DNA of 64,000 bases from Psychrobacter sp. (GTDB lineage Bacteria; Pseudomonadota; Gammaproteobacteria; Pseudomonadales; Moraxellaceae): positions 40,607 through 104,606 of the forward strand of contig JAGLBE010000010.1 of the NCBI GenBank assembly GCA_018260445.1. The letters run 5' to 3'. The position numbers and the translations under genes were made by a program. The notes under the pieces were generated by a model. The model did no database searches. It was not told the DNA's origin and saw only the letters and a list, made by a program, of their open reading frames with translations. This document shows positions 7,718-17,541 of this stretch, piece after piece (position 1 is the stretch's first letter; every line of letters starts with the position of its first letter).

Positions 7718-10036
7718 ATGGTATTTGAACAAATATGCATTATCGGGCTTGGTCTTATTGGCGCAAGTCTTGCTCAAGCGGTCAAGGACAGAGGGCTGGC
7801 ACAGCGAATTGTCGCAGTAGACAGTCACCTGCCCAGTATCAACATGGCGCTTGAGGTTCATACCATCGATGCTGGTAGCACCGTCTTGGCCGATGTGGTA
7901 GCCGGTAGCGACTGCATCGTATTGGCGGTGCCCGTCAAAACGGTAGGTGCCGTATTTACAGATATCAATCTGCTGATGATACAAGGATTAATCGACAGCG
8001 ATTGCATCATGACCGATGTGAGTAGTACCAAACAAAACATTGTGGATGCTGCCCGTGAGGTATTTGGCAACTTGCCAACAGGGCTTGTGCCCGCACACCC
8101 GATAGCGGGCGCAGAAAAATCCGGCTTTATGGCACGGCGCAGTGATTTGTTTGTCAATCACAATGTTATCGTTTGCGAGCTGGACTCAACGTCAGCTATC
8201 GCCATTGCTAAAGTATCTAAGCTTTGGCAGGCAGTGGGGGCAACGGTGATGACCATGAGCATCGAGCATCACGATGCGGTTCTCGCCTATACCAGTCATT
8301 TACCGCACTTACTCGCATTTAATTTGGTCGAGCAACTGGCCAGTCACGACGACAATATGGACATCTTTCGCTATGCCGCTGGCGGGTTTCGCGACTTTAG
8401 CCGCATTGCTGCCAGCGACCCCACCATGTGGCACGACATTTTTTTTGCCAACAAGCCCGCGCTGCTCAAAGCCTTGGATGAATATAGCGATTATCTAGCC
8501 AAAATGCGGGCGCTTATCGACACCGAACAATCCACCCAGCTTTTGGGCTTGCTGGGCCGAGCGCAATCTGCCCGTCAACACTTTGGCCATATGCTCACCG
8601 CCACCCCGTACACCAAACCTTTAACAGATGCGAGCTCATTAATGACCGCGACGGATACCCTTATGACCAGCACGTTTATCATTACCCCAAGCCAAACCAT
8701 CCACGGTACTATTAGCGTGCCGGGCGATAAATCCATCTCGCACCGCAGCATTATGTTTGGCAGCTTAAGCGAAGGTGTTACTAAAGTGAGTGGTTTTTTA
8801 GAGGGCGAGGATGCCCTAGCCACTTTACAAGCGTTTCGAGATATGGGGGTGACCATTGAGGGGCCGGAAAATGGCGAAGTGGTGATTCATGGGGTAGGTA
8901 TCAACGGCTTAAAACCCAGCCATACCCCGTTATATATGGGCAACTCAGGCACCAGTATGCGCTTGCTATCGGGCATATTGGCCGCCCAAACCTTTGACAG
9001 TGTGATGACGGGTGATGCCAGTTTGTCCAAACGGCCGATGGAGCGGGTCGCTAAACCCCTGCGTGAGATGGGCGCTGTGATTCAAACCACCGGCGAGCGT
9101 GGCACTGCACCCATCAGCATCACTGGCAGCGACAAACGCGGCAGTAAGCTACACGGCATTACCTATAACATGCCCGTCGCATCGGCTCAAGTCAAGTCTT
9201 GCTTGCTGCTGGCAGGGCTATGGGCAGAGGGCAAGACGACCATTACCCAGCCCGAAATCACCCGAGACCATACCGAGCGGATGTTAAGTGCCTTTGGCTA
9301 TCCAGTGACGGTTGACGGTAATACGATTAGCCTTGAGGGCGGTGGTCAGCTGACCGCTTGTGACATCGTCGTACCTGCCGACATCTCATCGGCCGCCTTT
9401 TTTATGGTGGCGGCCAGCATCGCCAAAGACAGTAGGTTAACCATCTCACAAGTAGGCATGAACCCCACGCGCACTGGGGTGATTGATATCTTGCAGTTGA
9501 TGGGGGCCAATATCACCTTAAGCAATGAGACCTTTGTAGGCGGCGAGCCGGTGGCGGATGTGACGATTCAATCCGCACCCTTAAACGGCATTGCTATCCC
9601 CGAGCATCTGGTGCCGTTAGCCATTGATGAGTTTCCGGTGTTGTTCATCGCTGCCAGTTGCGCGGTGGGGCAAACCGTATTGACCGGGGCTAAAGAGCTG
9701 CGCGTCAAAGAGTCTGACCGTATCGCCGTCATGGCGGAGGGGCTAACGACCTTGGGCATTGAGTGCAGAGTGACTGACGACGGCATTATTATTGAAGGCA
9801 AAGGGCTAGAGGATAACGCAACCACGGATGAACATATTAACCAAAATCCCATATTTGGCGGCGGCAATATTGTCTCGCATCATGACCACCGTATTGCCAT
9901 GAGCTTTGCAGTGGCTAGTTTGCGGGCGAGCGATACCATTAGCATTCAAGGGGTAGAGACGGTTGCCACCAGCTTTCCTAATTTTGCCGAGCTGGCCAAT
10001 GACATTGGCATGCACATCGCTACACAACAAGGATAG
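7718..10036 (+). CDS. aroA: Bifunctional prephenate dehydrogenase (TyrA) / 3-phosphoshikimate 1-carboxyvinyltransferase (AroA)
   Basis: The N-terminal half has a Rossmann fold (ICIIGLGLIGASLA) and TyrA blocks. The C-terminal half has EPSP synthase blocks (PGDKSISHRSIMFG, LGNSGTSMRLL, KESDRI). The start was moved from 7646 to the ATG at 7718 because the upstream 24 codons translate a REP element. Confidence 0.9.
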   Translation: MVFEQICIIGLGLIGASLAQAVKDRGLAQRIVAVDSHLPSINMALEVHTIDAGSTVLADVVAGSDCIVLAVPVKTVGAVFTDINLLMIQGLIDSDCIMTDVSSTKQNIVDAAREVFGNLPTGLVPAHPIAGAEKSGFMARRSDLFVNHNVIVCELDSTSAIAIAKVSKLWQAVGATVMTMSIEHHDAVLAYTSHLPHLLAFNLVEQLASHDDNMDIFRYAAGGFRDFSRIAASDPTMWHDIFFANKPALLKALDEYSDYLAKMRALIDTEQSTQLLGLLGRAQSARQHFGHMLTATPYTKPLTDASSLMTATDTLMTSTFIITPSQTIHGTISVPGDKSISHRSIMFGSLSEGVTKVSGFLEGEDALATLQAFRDMGVTIEGPENGEVVIHGVGINGLKPSHTPLYMGNSGTSMRLLSGILAAQTFDSVMTGDASLSKRPMERVAKPLREMGAVIQTTGERGTAPISITGSDKRGSKLHGITYNMPVASAQVKSCLLLAGLWAEGKTTITQPEITRDHTERMLSAFGYPVTVDGNTISLEGGGQLTACDIVVPADISSAAFFMVAASIAKDSRLTISQVGMNPTRTGVIDILQLMGANITLSNETFVGGEPVADVTIQSAPLNGIAIPEHLVPLAIDEFPVLFIAASCAVGQTVLTGAKELRVKESDRIAVMAEGLTTLGIECRVTDDGIIIEGKGLEDNATTDEHINQNPIFGGGNIVSHHDHRIAMSFAVASLRASDTISIQGVETVATSFPNFAELANDIGMHIATQQG

Positions 10037-10095
10037 TTGCTTGATACCCAAGCTGTTATAGTGCTGTTTTATCTTCAACCTTGTTGGAAATCGCC

Positions 10096-11097
10096 ATGTC
10101 ACTTGCTACCCCGACAAGTCCGCAACCAAAAGCACCGGTAGCCGCATTCGTCGTCACCACCAGCACCGATGGCCTCATTACTGCTTTTATTGCCTTTGTT
10201 ATTTGGGGCTGTTTTCCGTTTTATTTTAAGCAGCTTGGGCAATACAGTGCGGTAGAGATTATTGGTCACCGTATTGTGTGGACGTTTGTTTGCTTGACGC
10301 TGGTGCTGTTATTGACCAAACGTTGGGGCTGGGTCACAACCCTAAAGCAAAACCCACGTTGGCTGGGCATTACCTTAATCGCCGGTTTGCTCATTGCCAG
10401 TAATTGGCTTACTTATGTTTGGGCGGTTAACGCCAATCAAATACTCGAGGCCAGCCTTGGCTATTTTATTAGTCCGCTTATTGGCATATTGTTGTCCCTA
10501 GTGCTATTAAAAGAGAAGCTGCGTTGGCTACAAATGGTGGCCGTTGCTTTAGCAGTGTTTGCGGTGCTGGTGCAAATCATCTTGCTTGGCAGTTTGCCGT
10601 GGGTATCGTTGGTGCTTGCCAGCTCGTTTAGTATTTATGGCCTTATTCAGCGCCGTACGCCGCTACAACCTCTCGAGGGTTTGTTTGTTGAAACCGCCTT
10701 ACTAATGCCCGTGTGCATCTGGTGGTATATGACCTCTAATGTGGCAAGCTCAAGTCTTGATTTTTGGTTTAGCAAGCAAATTTGGTTTTTAATGCTGGCA
10801 GGGCCTATCACTCTCATTCCGTTATTGTTGTTTAATCGCTCAACCAAAAAAGTAGCGTTTAGTATTTTAAGCTTTATGAACTACCTCACCCCGACCTTTA
10901 TATTTTTGTTGGCGGTGTTTTATTACCATGAACCCTTTGATAGCAAACGGTTTATGGTATTTGGCTTGATTTGGTTGGGGCTGATATTGTTTAGCATCGA
11001 TTTATGGCAACATAGACCCAGTAAATTATTACGCAAACAGGCGCTTGTGGCGAGTGAGCTGGATGGCTTGAATGGCTTGAATGGCTTGGATAGGTAG
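10096..11097 (+). CDS. rarD: RarD / EamA-family (DMT superfamily) permease
   Basis: About 10 predicted TM helices with RarD-like blocks (WGCFPFYFKQL, SLGYFISPL, GLIQRR). The C-terminal tail is encoded by a 9-bp x3 repeat (LNGLNGL). Confidence 0.8.
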   Translation: MSLATPTSPQPKAPVAAFVVTTSTDGLITAFIAFVIWGCFPFYFKQLGQYSAVEIIGHRIVWTFVCLTLVLLLTKRWGWVTTLKQNPRWLGITLIAGLLIASNWLTYVWAVNANQILEASLGYFISPLIGILLSLVLLKEKLRWLQMVAVALAVFAVLVQIILLGSLPWVSLVLASSFSIYGLIQRRTPLQPLEGLFVETALLMPVCIWWYMTSNVASSSLDFWFSKQIWFLMLAGPITLIPLLLFNRSTKKVAFSILSFMNYLTPTFIFLLAVFYYHEPFDSKRFMVFGLIWLGLILFSIDLWQHRPSKLLRKQALVASELDGLNGLNGLDR

Positions 11098-11126
11098 GTA
11101 GATAGATAGATAGATAGATGAGGTAG
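11091..11126. repeat. Tetranucleotide repeat (tagg/taga)n starting at the rarD stop codon
   Basis: Read directly: taggtaggtagatagatagatagatagatgaggtag. Confidence 0.9.
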
Positions 11127-11220
11127 AGTCTAAACACTAACACTTGACAACTAGGTTTGGACTAAAATCACTATTTTAAACAGCATGTTACCTATCCCAA
11201 ATATCCTATCACTATCAAAT

Positions 11221-11241
11221 GGTGCGTGGAACGCACCCTAC
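11221..11241 (-). repeat. REP hairpin variant
   Basis: ggtgcgtggaacgcaccctac has the same GTAG-plus-stem architecture on the minus strand. Confidence 0.7.
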
Positions 11242-11296
11242 TGCCCGTCTAGGTTAAAGCGACATTAAAGAAAGTGGCCTAAATTAAGGTAAAAAT

Positions 11297-11677
11297 ATGA
11301 ACGAGACCAACCAAGGCATGGACAGTATTCTCATCACTGGTCTAAAAGTAGAGGCAGTGATTGGTGTGTTTGCATGGGAGCGGGCCATCACCCAACCCCT
11401 TTTCATCGATGTGACCATGCTAACCGATATCCGTAAGGCGGCCGCCAGTGACGATATCCAGGATGCTATTAATTACAAAAGTGTGTGTGATGACATCACA
11501 AATTGGTGCACTGAGGCTAAAGCAAACTTAATTGAAACCTTGGCAGCGCTTATCGCCACAGGGTTGTTAGATAACTATGCGACATCAAAAGTGACGGTGA
11601 CAGTGGCGAAACCTACCGCTATCCAAGCAGCAGAGTCGGTTGCCGTGAGTATCACTCGTAGTAAAGACACCGCGTAA
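11297..11677 (+). CDS. folB: Dihydroneopterin aldolase
   Basis: 126 aa. ILITGLKVEAVIGVFAWERAITQPLFIDV and INYKSVCDDI are typical FolB blocks. Confidence 0.85.
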   Translation: MNETNQGMDSILITGLKVEAVIGVFAWERAITQPLFIDVTMLTDIRKAAASDDIQDAINYKSVCDDITNWCTEAKANLIETLAALIATGLLDNYATSKVTVTVAKPTAIQAAESVAVSITRSKDTA

Positions 11678-11825
11678 GGATTTGCTATCCTAGTTTAATG
11701 ACCTATGAATTTAATCGATTTTGATACCCATAAAAATAGCCTAAGCAATAGCCAACAGTTAGCATTAGTTAGCATTTAAAAAGCCCATCTGACATCCAAA
11801 TTCAAAAAAGTAGGCAGACAGCACT

Positions 11826-12437
11826 TTGAACCAAAGCAACCTAGCCATGCTTAACCTAGCCATGCTTAACCTAGCCGAGGTTAATTTAGCCGACGTTAAT
11901 TTAGCCGCCACCAACTTAGCCAAGCCAACGGATTACGGATTGGTTGACATAAATGACCTACTATCTAGCCCAATCGAAGCCTATATCGTGGCGCTAGGCA
12001 GCAATTTTAACGCGGATAAACACCTTGCGATGGCAAGAGATGAGCTTGAAAAATGTGCGTTGGTAAAACAATGGTCAACCGCATTTGTTAATGCAGACTA
12101 TACCGCCACGCCCACGCAGCCAAAGCCCGACTACAGCAATCAATGCGGCTACCTGCTGTTATCGCGGCGGCCGACCCTGCAACAGCTAATAGCTACTACA
12201 AAGTGTATCGAGACATTGTGCCAGCGTGTCCAATTGCCAAACACCTTGCCAAACCCTCTAACTTCAGCGACGACAAAAAATGAGGCTAACTGCGGTCAAC
12301 AACAGGGTAGGGTGAGTGTGGATATCGATGTGTTAGCCGTGCAAGTCGTTGGAAAATGGCAGATTATTGAACAACGCTATCCCTTTAAAGACCACGAACA
12401 GATTGGCCTAAATGAGCTGATAGCCAGTTTAGACTAA
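11826..12437 (+). CDS. folK: Divergent HPPK-like protein (2-amino-4-hydroxy-6-hydroxymethyldihydropteridine diphosphokinase family) with a repeat-encoded N-terminus
   Basis: It sits directly after folB. It has YIVALGSNFN (HPPK N-terminal motif) and VSVDIDVLAV (like the LDLDIL motif). It is otherwise divergent. The start is ambiguous (TTG 11826, ATG 11847 or 11862, or an internal TTG). Confidence 0.45.
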   Translation: MNQSNLAMLNLAMLNLAEVNLADVNLAATNLAKPTDYGLVDINDLLSSPIEAYIVALGSNFNADKHLAMARDELEKCALVKQWSTAFVNADYTATPTQPKPDYSNQCGYLLLSRRPTLQQLIATTKCIETLCQRVQLPNTLPNPLTSATTKNEANCGQQQGRVSVDIDVLAVQVVGKWQIIEQRYPFKDHEQIGLNELIASLD

Positions 12438-12508
12438 ACCACTTAGCACATACTTAACTTGCTCTTTGACCAAATCAAACCCACTTATTCATTCATTAAG
12501 GACACCCC

Positions 12509-13180
12509 ATGACAGCATTACTAAACTGCGTGAGCGTAGAACATAACCCAAGCAAAAAAGACATCGACAAAGCGGTAATCTGGCTACATGGTCTGGGCGC
12601 CAGTGGACACGACTTTGAGCCTGTGGTGCCACAATTGGGCCTAAGTCAAAACTTAGCCATACGTTTTTTGTTTCCACATGCGCCGCAAATCCCCGTCACT
12701 ATTAATGGCGGCATGGTGATGCCTGCTTGGTATGATATTTTGGAGATGAGCCTAAAGCGTAAGGTTGATGTGCTGCAAATCCAAAAGTCCACTATGCAAA
12801 TTAATGATTTAATCAACAGAGAAATTGAGCGTGGGGTTAAGGCCGAGCATATCGTGATTGCAGGCTTCTCACAAGGCGGCGCCATTGCTTATCAAGTGGC
12901 ATTAACCCATCCCCAAAAGCTAGCAGGGTTATTGACATTGTCCACCTATCTGGCGATTGACGACAGCGAGCACTATACCCAGGCCAACCAAAACTTATCC
13001 ATTAAGATAGACCATGGGACACAAGACCCTGTGGTGCCAGTTATCTTGGGCGAACAAGCCAGCACTGCTTTAAAACAAAAAGGCTACAACGTCGAGTTTA
13101 CCACCTATCCGATGGCGCATCAGGTATGTTTGCCACAAATCACAGCGATAGGACAATGGCTTAATCGGGTACTAAGCTAG
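12509..13180 (+). CDS. Carboxylesterase / phospholipase family alpha/beta hydrolase
   Basis: 223 aa. It has the nucleophile elbow GFSQGG, IWLHGLGASGHDF, and a late HGTQDPVVP ... H triad arrangement. Confidence 0.85.
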   Translation: MTALLNCVSVEHNPSKKDIDKAVIWLHGLGASGHDFEPVVPQLGLSQNLAIRFLFPHAPQIPVTINGGMVMPAWYDILEMSLKRKVDVLQIQKSTMQINDLINREIERGVKAEHIVIAGFSQGGAIAYQVALTHPQKLAGLLTLSTYLAIDDSEHYTQANQNLSIKIDHGTQDPVVPVILGEQASTALKQKGYNVEFTTYPMAHQVCLPQITAIGQWLNRVLS

Positions 13181-13317
13181 ACGTTATATTTAACAAGTGA
13201 CTTTAAAACAGTGATAACGATAGACAAAAAAATGTGTCTCAACAGCAAGCTTTGCTGGCGAAGGGCTTGGCTATGGGGCTGATATCAACCGCCCTACCAA
13301 AATAAACAAATATTGAG

Positions 13318-13346
13318 TTGCAAGCTAAGTAGTTTTCAGGTATTAT
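13318..13346 (+). promoter_or_regulatory. Candidate sigma70 promoter upstream of the lipase gene
   Basis: TTGCAA, a 17-nt spacer, then TATTAT, read directly. No transcript data are available. Confidence 0.35.
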
Positions 13347-13605
13347 CATTTTAGAACTAATGTTTACTTTTATTGAGCAGGTAGTGTTATCTAATCAATG
13401 GACTGATTGACTCATCTGTTTTTAAGCATTCAACATACCTCACTGTTAAGCCAAGTGTATTGTCTATTCATTCGCTATTCATTGGCTATAATAGACACAA
13501 GATAACTTACTGGTCAGCCCTTTATCAAGGCCAGTAAGTGACGTTGACTTGTGATGGCATGGCGTTGATTTTATTGACCGATTGAGTCCCTTATAAGGAC
13601 GTACC

Positions 13606-14658
13606 GTGACGCACTTAAAGATTTCTACTGCGGCAATGCTTGCTATTGCCAGTTTTACCCTATTCGCCCCAACTGCACAGGCAGCAGTCCACTACAATTG
13701 CGCTAATCCCACAGGCTGCAAACTGGTGAAAACAATAGCCACCAGGAGCACGCTCACAGAAACGAAATATCCTGTCGTCATGGCACATGGCCTTGGCGGT
13801 TGGACGACCTTGTTTGGTATTTTGGATTATTATAATGGTATTCCCGAGGCATTAATGGAAGGGGGTACCAACGTCTTTACCACCAAAACGTCTTCGTTTA
13901 CAGATGGCGAGGTGCGTGGTGAGCAGCTATTGCAACAGGTTGAAACGATTAGAGCATTAACGGGTAAAGATAAAGTAAACCTATTCGGTCATAGTCATGG
14001 GGGCAGTGATATTCGCTATGTTGCCGCCGTTGCGCCAGAACATGTTGCCTCTGTTACTGCAGTATCTGCGCCTGCTCAAGGTGCTGCGATGGCAGATTGG
14101 ATTCTTAAAACTGCCGAAAAAGACAGCTTGGCTGAGGGTTTACCAAAGGGCGAATACAATAAAGGCACTCAAGGCGCAGTCGCTTTCTTCAACTTTATTG
14201 GTAAGTTTATGGATGTGGGATCGGGTATTAAAATTAAAGATTTACAACAACAAGATGCTCTAGCGTCAATATATTCATTATCAACCGACTATATGACCAA
14301 GGTGTTTAATGTTAAATACCCTGCCGCTATGCCAACAAAATATTGTGGTCAGCCGCCTGCTAATAACGTTGTCGACGGCGTTGCTTATTATTCATTTTCG
14401 GGCGTAGGAACCTTCTATAATCCCTTGGATCCTATCGATTATGTGTTTAGCTTAACAGCCCTGCCCTATGGTAACGACCCGAATGACGGTTTGGTATCCG
14501 CCTGTTCAAGTCGCGTGGGGCATGTTATCCGAGATGATTATCCGATGAATCATCTCGATTCGGTCAATCAATTGTTAGGTTTGGTCGCTTGGGGGCGTGT
14601 CGAACCGCTCACTATCTATCGCAATCAAGTCGGACGCCTTAAAAATCAAGGTTTATAA
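13606..14658 (+). CDS. lipA: Secreted triacylglycerol lipase (family I.1/I.2 type)
   Basis: GTG start with an AAGGA RBS. It has a signal peptide ending AQA, the oxyanion region YPVVMAHGLGG and the nucleophile motif GHSHGG. A foldase gene follows it. Confidence 0.88.
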   Translation: MTHLKISTAAMLAIASFTLFAPTAQAAVHYNCANPTGCKLVKTIATRSTLTETKYPVVMAHGLGGWTTLFGILDYYNGIPEALMEGGTNVFTTKTSSFTDGEVRGEQLLQQVETIRALTGKDKVNLFGHSHGGSDIRYVAAVAPEHVASVTAVSAPAQGAAMADWILKTAEKDSLAEGLPKGEYNKGTQGAVAFFNFIGKFMDVGSGIKIKDLQQQDALASIYSLSTDYMTKVFNVKYPAAMPTKYCGQPPANNVVDGVAYYSFSGVGTFYNPLDPIDYVFSLTALPYGNDPNDGLVSACSSRVGHVIRDDYPMNHLDSVNQLLGLVAWGRVEPLTIYRNQVGRLKNQGL

Positions 14659-14745
14659 ACCTACAGGTGTATTCAGTCACTATCTAAAGATACCTAAGCA
14701 GCTACCCTAAACGTCGCCCTTGAACGACGTTTGCTATCCTCGAAA

Positions 14746-14768
14746 GCGGCCACTAAGGCCGTTTTTTT
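14746..14768 (+). terminator. Short hairpin plus T7 run between lipA and lif
   Basis: cggcc-actaa-ggccg is followed by ttttttt. A second 8-bp hairpin (aaacgtcg/cgacgttt) lies at 14709..14732. Confidence 0.5.
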
Positions 14769-14831
14769 AAGTTTAAGGTCTGTGTAACAAAATAGGCTAT
14801 TTGGTTATCAACAAGGTTTGAAGTTATTGCT

Positions 14832-15977
14832 ATGAGCATTTTTGAAAATAAACAGGGTTTGATAAAAGGGTTAACTATCGCCATCGCCATAGGTCTAGCG
14901 TTGGTATTGCTATTTAATGTCTTTAAAAGAAACAACACGGCAACGCCGGTGGCAGGCGCGGTAAACGCAGGAGCCATCGACAGTGCAGTGCCCACTGGGC
15001 AAGCCAACCCGTCAATTGATAGCGCTATAACAGCCGGCAGTATTAACGGGGCAAAGCGCACACCCTTATTTAAGACAGGGGTCGAAAACCTACCGCGTTC
15101 ACTGCAGGGCACCGAAGTAGATGGCGAAATTATCATAGATGGTGACAATAGGCTTGTACCCACTCGCGGTCTACGCCGCTTGTACGATTATTTTTTATCG
15201 GCACTGGGCGAGGAGACGGCAGCGACCATTGATGCGCGTATAGAAGCGTATATCACCAGTAGAACGCCAGAGCCTGCCGCGAGTACAGCGGTTGCTTTAT
15301 ATTATACTTATAAGACTTATTTACAACGTTTAGGCACATTACAAGAGAGTTATGGGCATCTGCAAATGCAGGCCACTGAGGCAGGAGAGCTGGATTTAAA
15401 CATGATGGCTCAGCGCCAAACCGATGTCAAAAAGATTCGCGGCGCATTGTTTAATCCGCAAACGGTCGCCGCCTTTTTTGCCTCAGAAGACGAGCTAGAA
15501 GATTACAATATTGCCATGATTAAGGTTGCCAAAGACCCAAGTTTGAGCGAGCAGCAGCGCCAGCAAGCAAGGCTTGATTATGTCAGCCGGCTGCCTGATT
15601 CGACCCTTAAATTACGAGTGCAACAAAAGCAGCAGTTAGAAACGTTGATGCAGCGCACCGAAGCGTTAAAAGCACAGGGCGCAAACGATGCTGAACTCTT
15701 TGCGATGCGTAGCGAATTAGTGGGCGCGCCTGCTGCCCAGCGTCTAGCAGAGGTCGATGCGAAAAATAAAGATTTTGAGAGTCGTTTTGAGCAGTATCAA
15801 AGCAGCAAACAGCAGATTTTGATGACCACTGCCGACACAACAGCGCAGCAAGCTAAGATTACAGCGTTGCAGCAACAGCTATTTAATGCGGTGGAAACCA
15901 AGCGTTTAAGTGGCTATGAGATGTTGCACTCGCTCGAAGACTCAAAGACCGGAAAACTCAAAGAGAATAATAGATAG
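14832..15977 (+). CDS. lif: Lipase-specific foldase (Lif chaperone)
   Basis: It has an N-terminal membrane anchor. The Lif signature Rx1x2FDY(F/C)L(S/T)A is present as RRLYDYFLSA. The body is a long helical Q/A/E-rich region. The gene is adjacent to lipA. Confidence 0.85.
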   Translation: MSIFENKQGLIKGLTIAIAIGLALVLLFNVFKRNNTATPVAGAVNAGAIDSAVPTGQANPSIDSAITAGSINGAKRTPLFKTGVENLPRSLQGTEVDGEIIIDGDNRLVPTRGLRRLYDYFLSALGEETAATIDARIEAYITSRTPEPAASTAVALYYTYKTYLQRLGTLQESYGHLQMQATEAGELDLNMMAQRQTDVKKIRGALFNPQTVAAFFASEDELEDYNIAMIKVAKDPSLSEQQRQQARLDYVSRLPDSTLKLRVQQKQQLETLMQRTEALKAQGANDAELFAMRSELVGAPAAQRLAEVDAKNKDFESRFEQYQSSKQQILMTTADTTAQQAKITALQQQLFNAVETKRLSGYEMLHSLEDSKTGKLKENNR

Positions 15978-16122
15978 GTAATATCTTAATCTTAGATTGA
16001 ACGTAAAGCTTGTTTTAAAAGCGATGTTTAAAAAATGGTTTTTAAAACCGTTTTTAAAGATAATAATTAATTGATTATGAGGTGGTCATTAAGTGGTTAC
16101 GTCCAGCAGTTACGTTAAGTAG

Positions 16123-16551
16123 TTACGTCAGCAATCGCCAAATGAGCATACCTAGCAGGACAATCACCAACATAATACCAATAACCCGTTTTGCCCAATA
16201 AGGTAGAAGGGGTTTTTTATAGCCAATGTGCTTGAGATGCTGGTCTAATCCTGCCGTTATAGAGTGTGTTGGCGCATTGAGGGCGCTAGTTGGCTGAGTG
16301 GGCGATTGGTGCAGTGGCTGTATTGACTGTGCTGATTGAGCCGGCATGGATGGCATGCTAACGCCTTGCTTATGGGCAATGGCTTGAACTTTTTTATCCT
16401 GCTGCGTCTTAAGCTGTGCTTCGTAGGCATCAATACTTATTTTAGCGTCACTCATGCTGATATTGGCGTCGTCCGCCAGCGTTTTTATCGCTAACGCCAA
16501 ATTGTTTTTTTCAACCATTTGGGCAATGTGCTTGGGTAGTTTTTGAGTCAT
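16123..16551 (-). CDS. Hypothetical protein with a C-terminal transmembrane anchor
   Basis: The open frame has a plausible ATG at 16551 (MTQKLPKHIAQMVEKNN...). It has a Q/P/S-rich middle and a hydrophobic C-terminus VIGIMLVIVLLGMLIW. No family was recognised. Confidence 0.5.
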   Translation of the reverse strand: MTQKLPKHIAQMVEKNNLALAIKTLADDANISMSDAKISIDAYEAQLKTQQDKKVQAIAHKQGVSMPSMPAQSAQSIQPLHQSPTQPTSALNAPTHSITAGLDQHLKHIGYKKPLLPYWAKRVIGIMLVIVLLGMLIWRLLT

Positions 16552-16617
16552 TGTCGGCCTCAGTGCAAGAATGTTAGGAGTATAGGGGTATCTATGGCTT
16601 CCAAAATAAAAGGTTAC

Positions 16618-16680
16618 CACAATAAAAAGTCACGACAATAAAAATTCACGACAATAAAAAGTCACGACAATAAAAAGCAC
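16618..16680. repeat. Tandem repeat, 16 bp x4 (cacgacaataaaaagt)
   Basis: Read directly, 70-130 bp upstream of the 16551 start. Confidence 0.95.
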
Positions 16681-16764
16681 TCTAACGTAAGGTTAAAGTG
16701 CTTAATCTATACCGCTCAATTTGTGCTGTATAAAAGATGGGTTAATACAGTTAGGCCATTAGAC

Positions 16765-17295
16765 TTACTTATCATTCCAGCGCTGAATAGACTTTTTAAT
16801 CACCACTTTGGCTTCTTCAGCATCTTCCCAAGATTCAACAACCGTCGTACCTGGCTTTTTCAAATCTTTATAATGATTAAAGTGATACTCTAATTGCTCA
16901 ATCATACGCTTTGGTAAGTCTGCTAAGGTGTTAATAGCATTGGCATTGTTACGATCATCGGCAGGTACGACCACTATTTTGTCGTCCACTTCGCCATCAT
17001 CAACAAACTTCATCACCCCAATCACTTTGGCTTTTAAATAAAGTCCTGTGGTCAGGGGTTGATCCGTGATGATAAGCGCATCCAATTCATCGCCATCTTC
17101 ATCTAGCGTTTGCGGAATAAAACCGTAGTTGCAGGGTTTGGCAAAGATAGCAGGGTCGATACGGTCCAATTCAAACACACCCAACTCGCGGTTCCATTCA
17201 ATCTTGTTGCTACTGCCCGTTGGGATTTCGACAACCACATTAATGACGCCGCCATCAACATCACCTGCATCTAAAATTACGTTATAATCTGCCAT
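16765..17295 (-). CDS. ppa: Inorganic pyrophosphatase (family I)
   Basis: 176 aa. It has IEIPTGSSNKIEW, YGFIPQTL..DGD.LD and VDDKIV motifs. Confidence 0.93.
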   Translation of the reverse strand: MADYNVILDAGDVDGGVINVVVEIPTGSSNKIEWNRELGVFELDRIDPAIFAKPCNYGFIPQTLDEDGDELDALIITDQPLTTGLYLKAKVIGVMKFVDDGEVDDKIVVVPADDRNNANAINTLADLPKRMIEQLEYHFNHYKDLKKPGTTVVESWEDAEEAKVVIKKSIQRWNDK

Positions 17296-17455
17296 TTAAG
17301 TATTCCACCATCTGGTTAATGTAAGTTGTTACAAATTGCCAAGTTGATTATAACAAGTTTTTCACGCTTTCCAAGTTTATCTGCTATCTGTCTGCTTATC
17401 TTATAATTAGTAGATAACGTCTACCTTATATAATATTTGGGAAATGCGAGTGCCA

Positions 17456-17493
17456 TAAAAAAACCCACTAAGCCAATACATCAGCCGTGGGTC
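17456..17493 (-). terminator. Rho-independent terminator downstream of the entericidin-like gene
   Basis: On the minus strand, the acccac...gtgggt stem is followed by ttttttt. Confidence 0.6.
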
Positions 17494-17541
17494 TTTACTA
17501 CTAAATAATACTAAATGTTACTCAATCAATGACACGACTAC

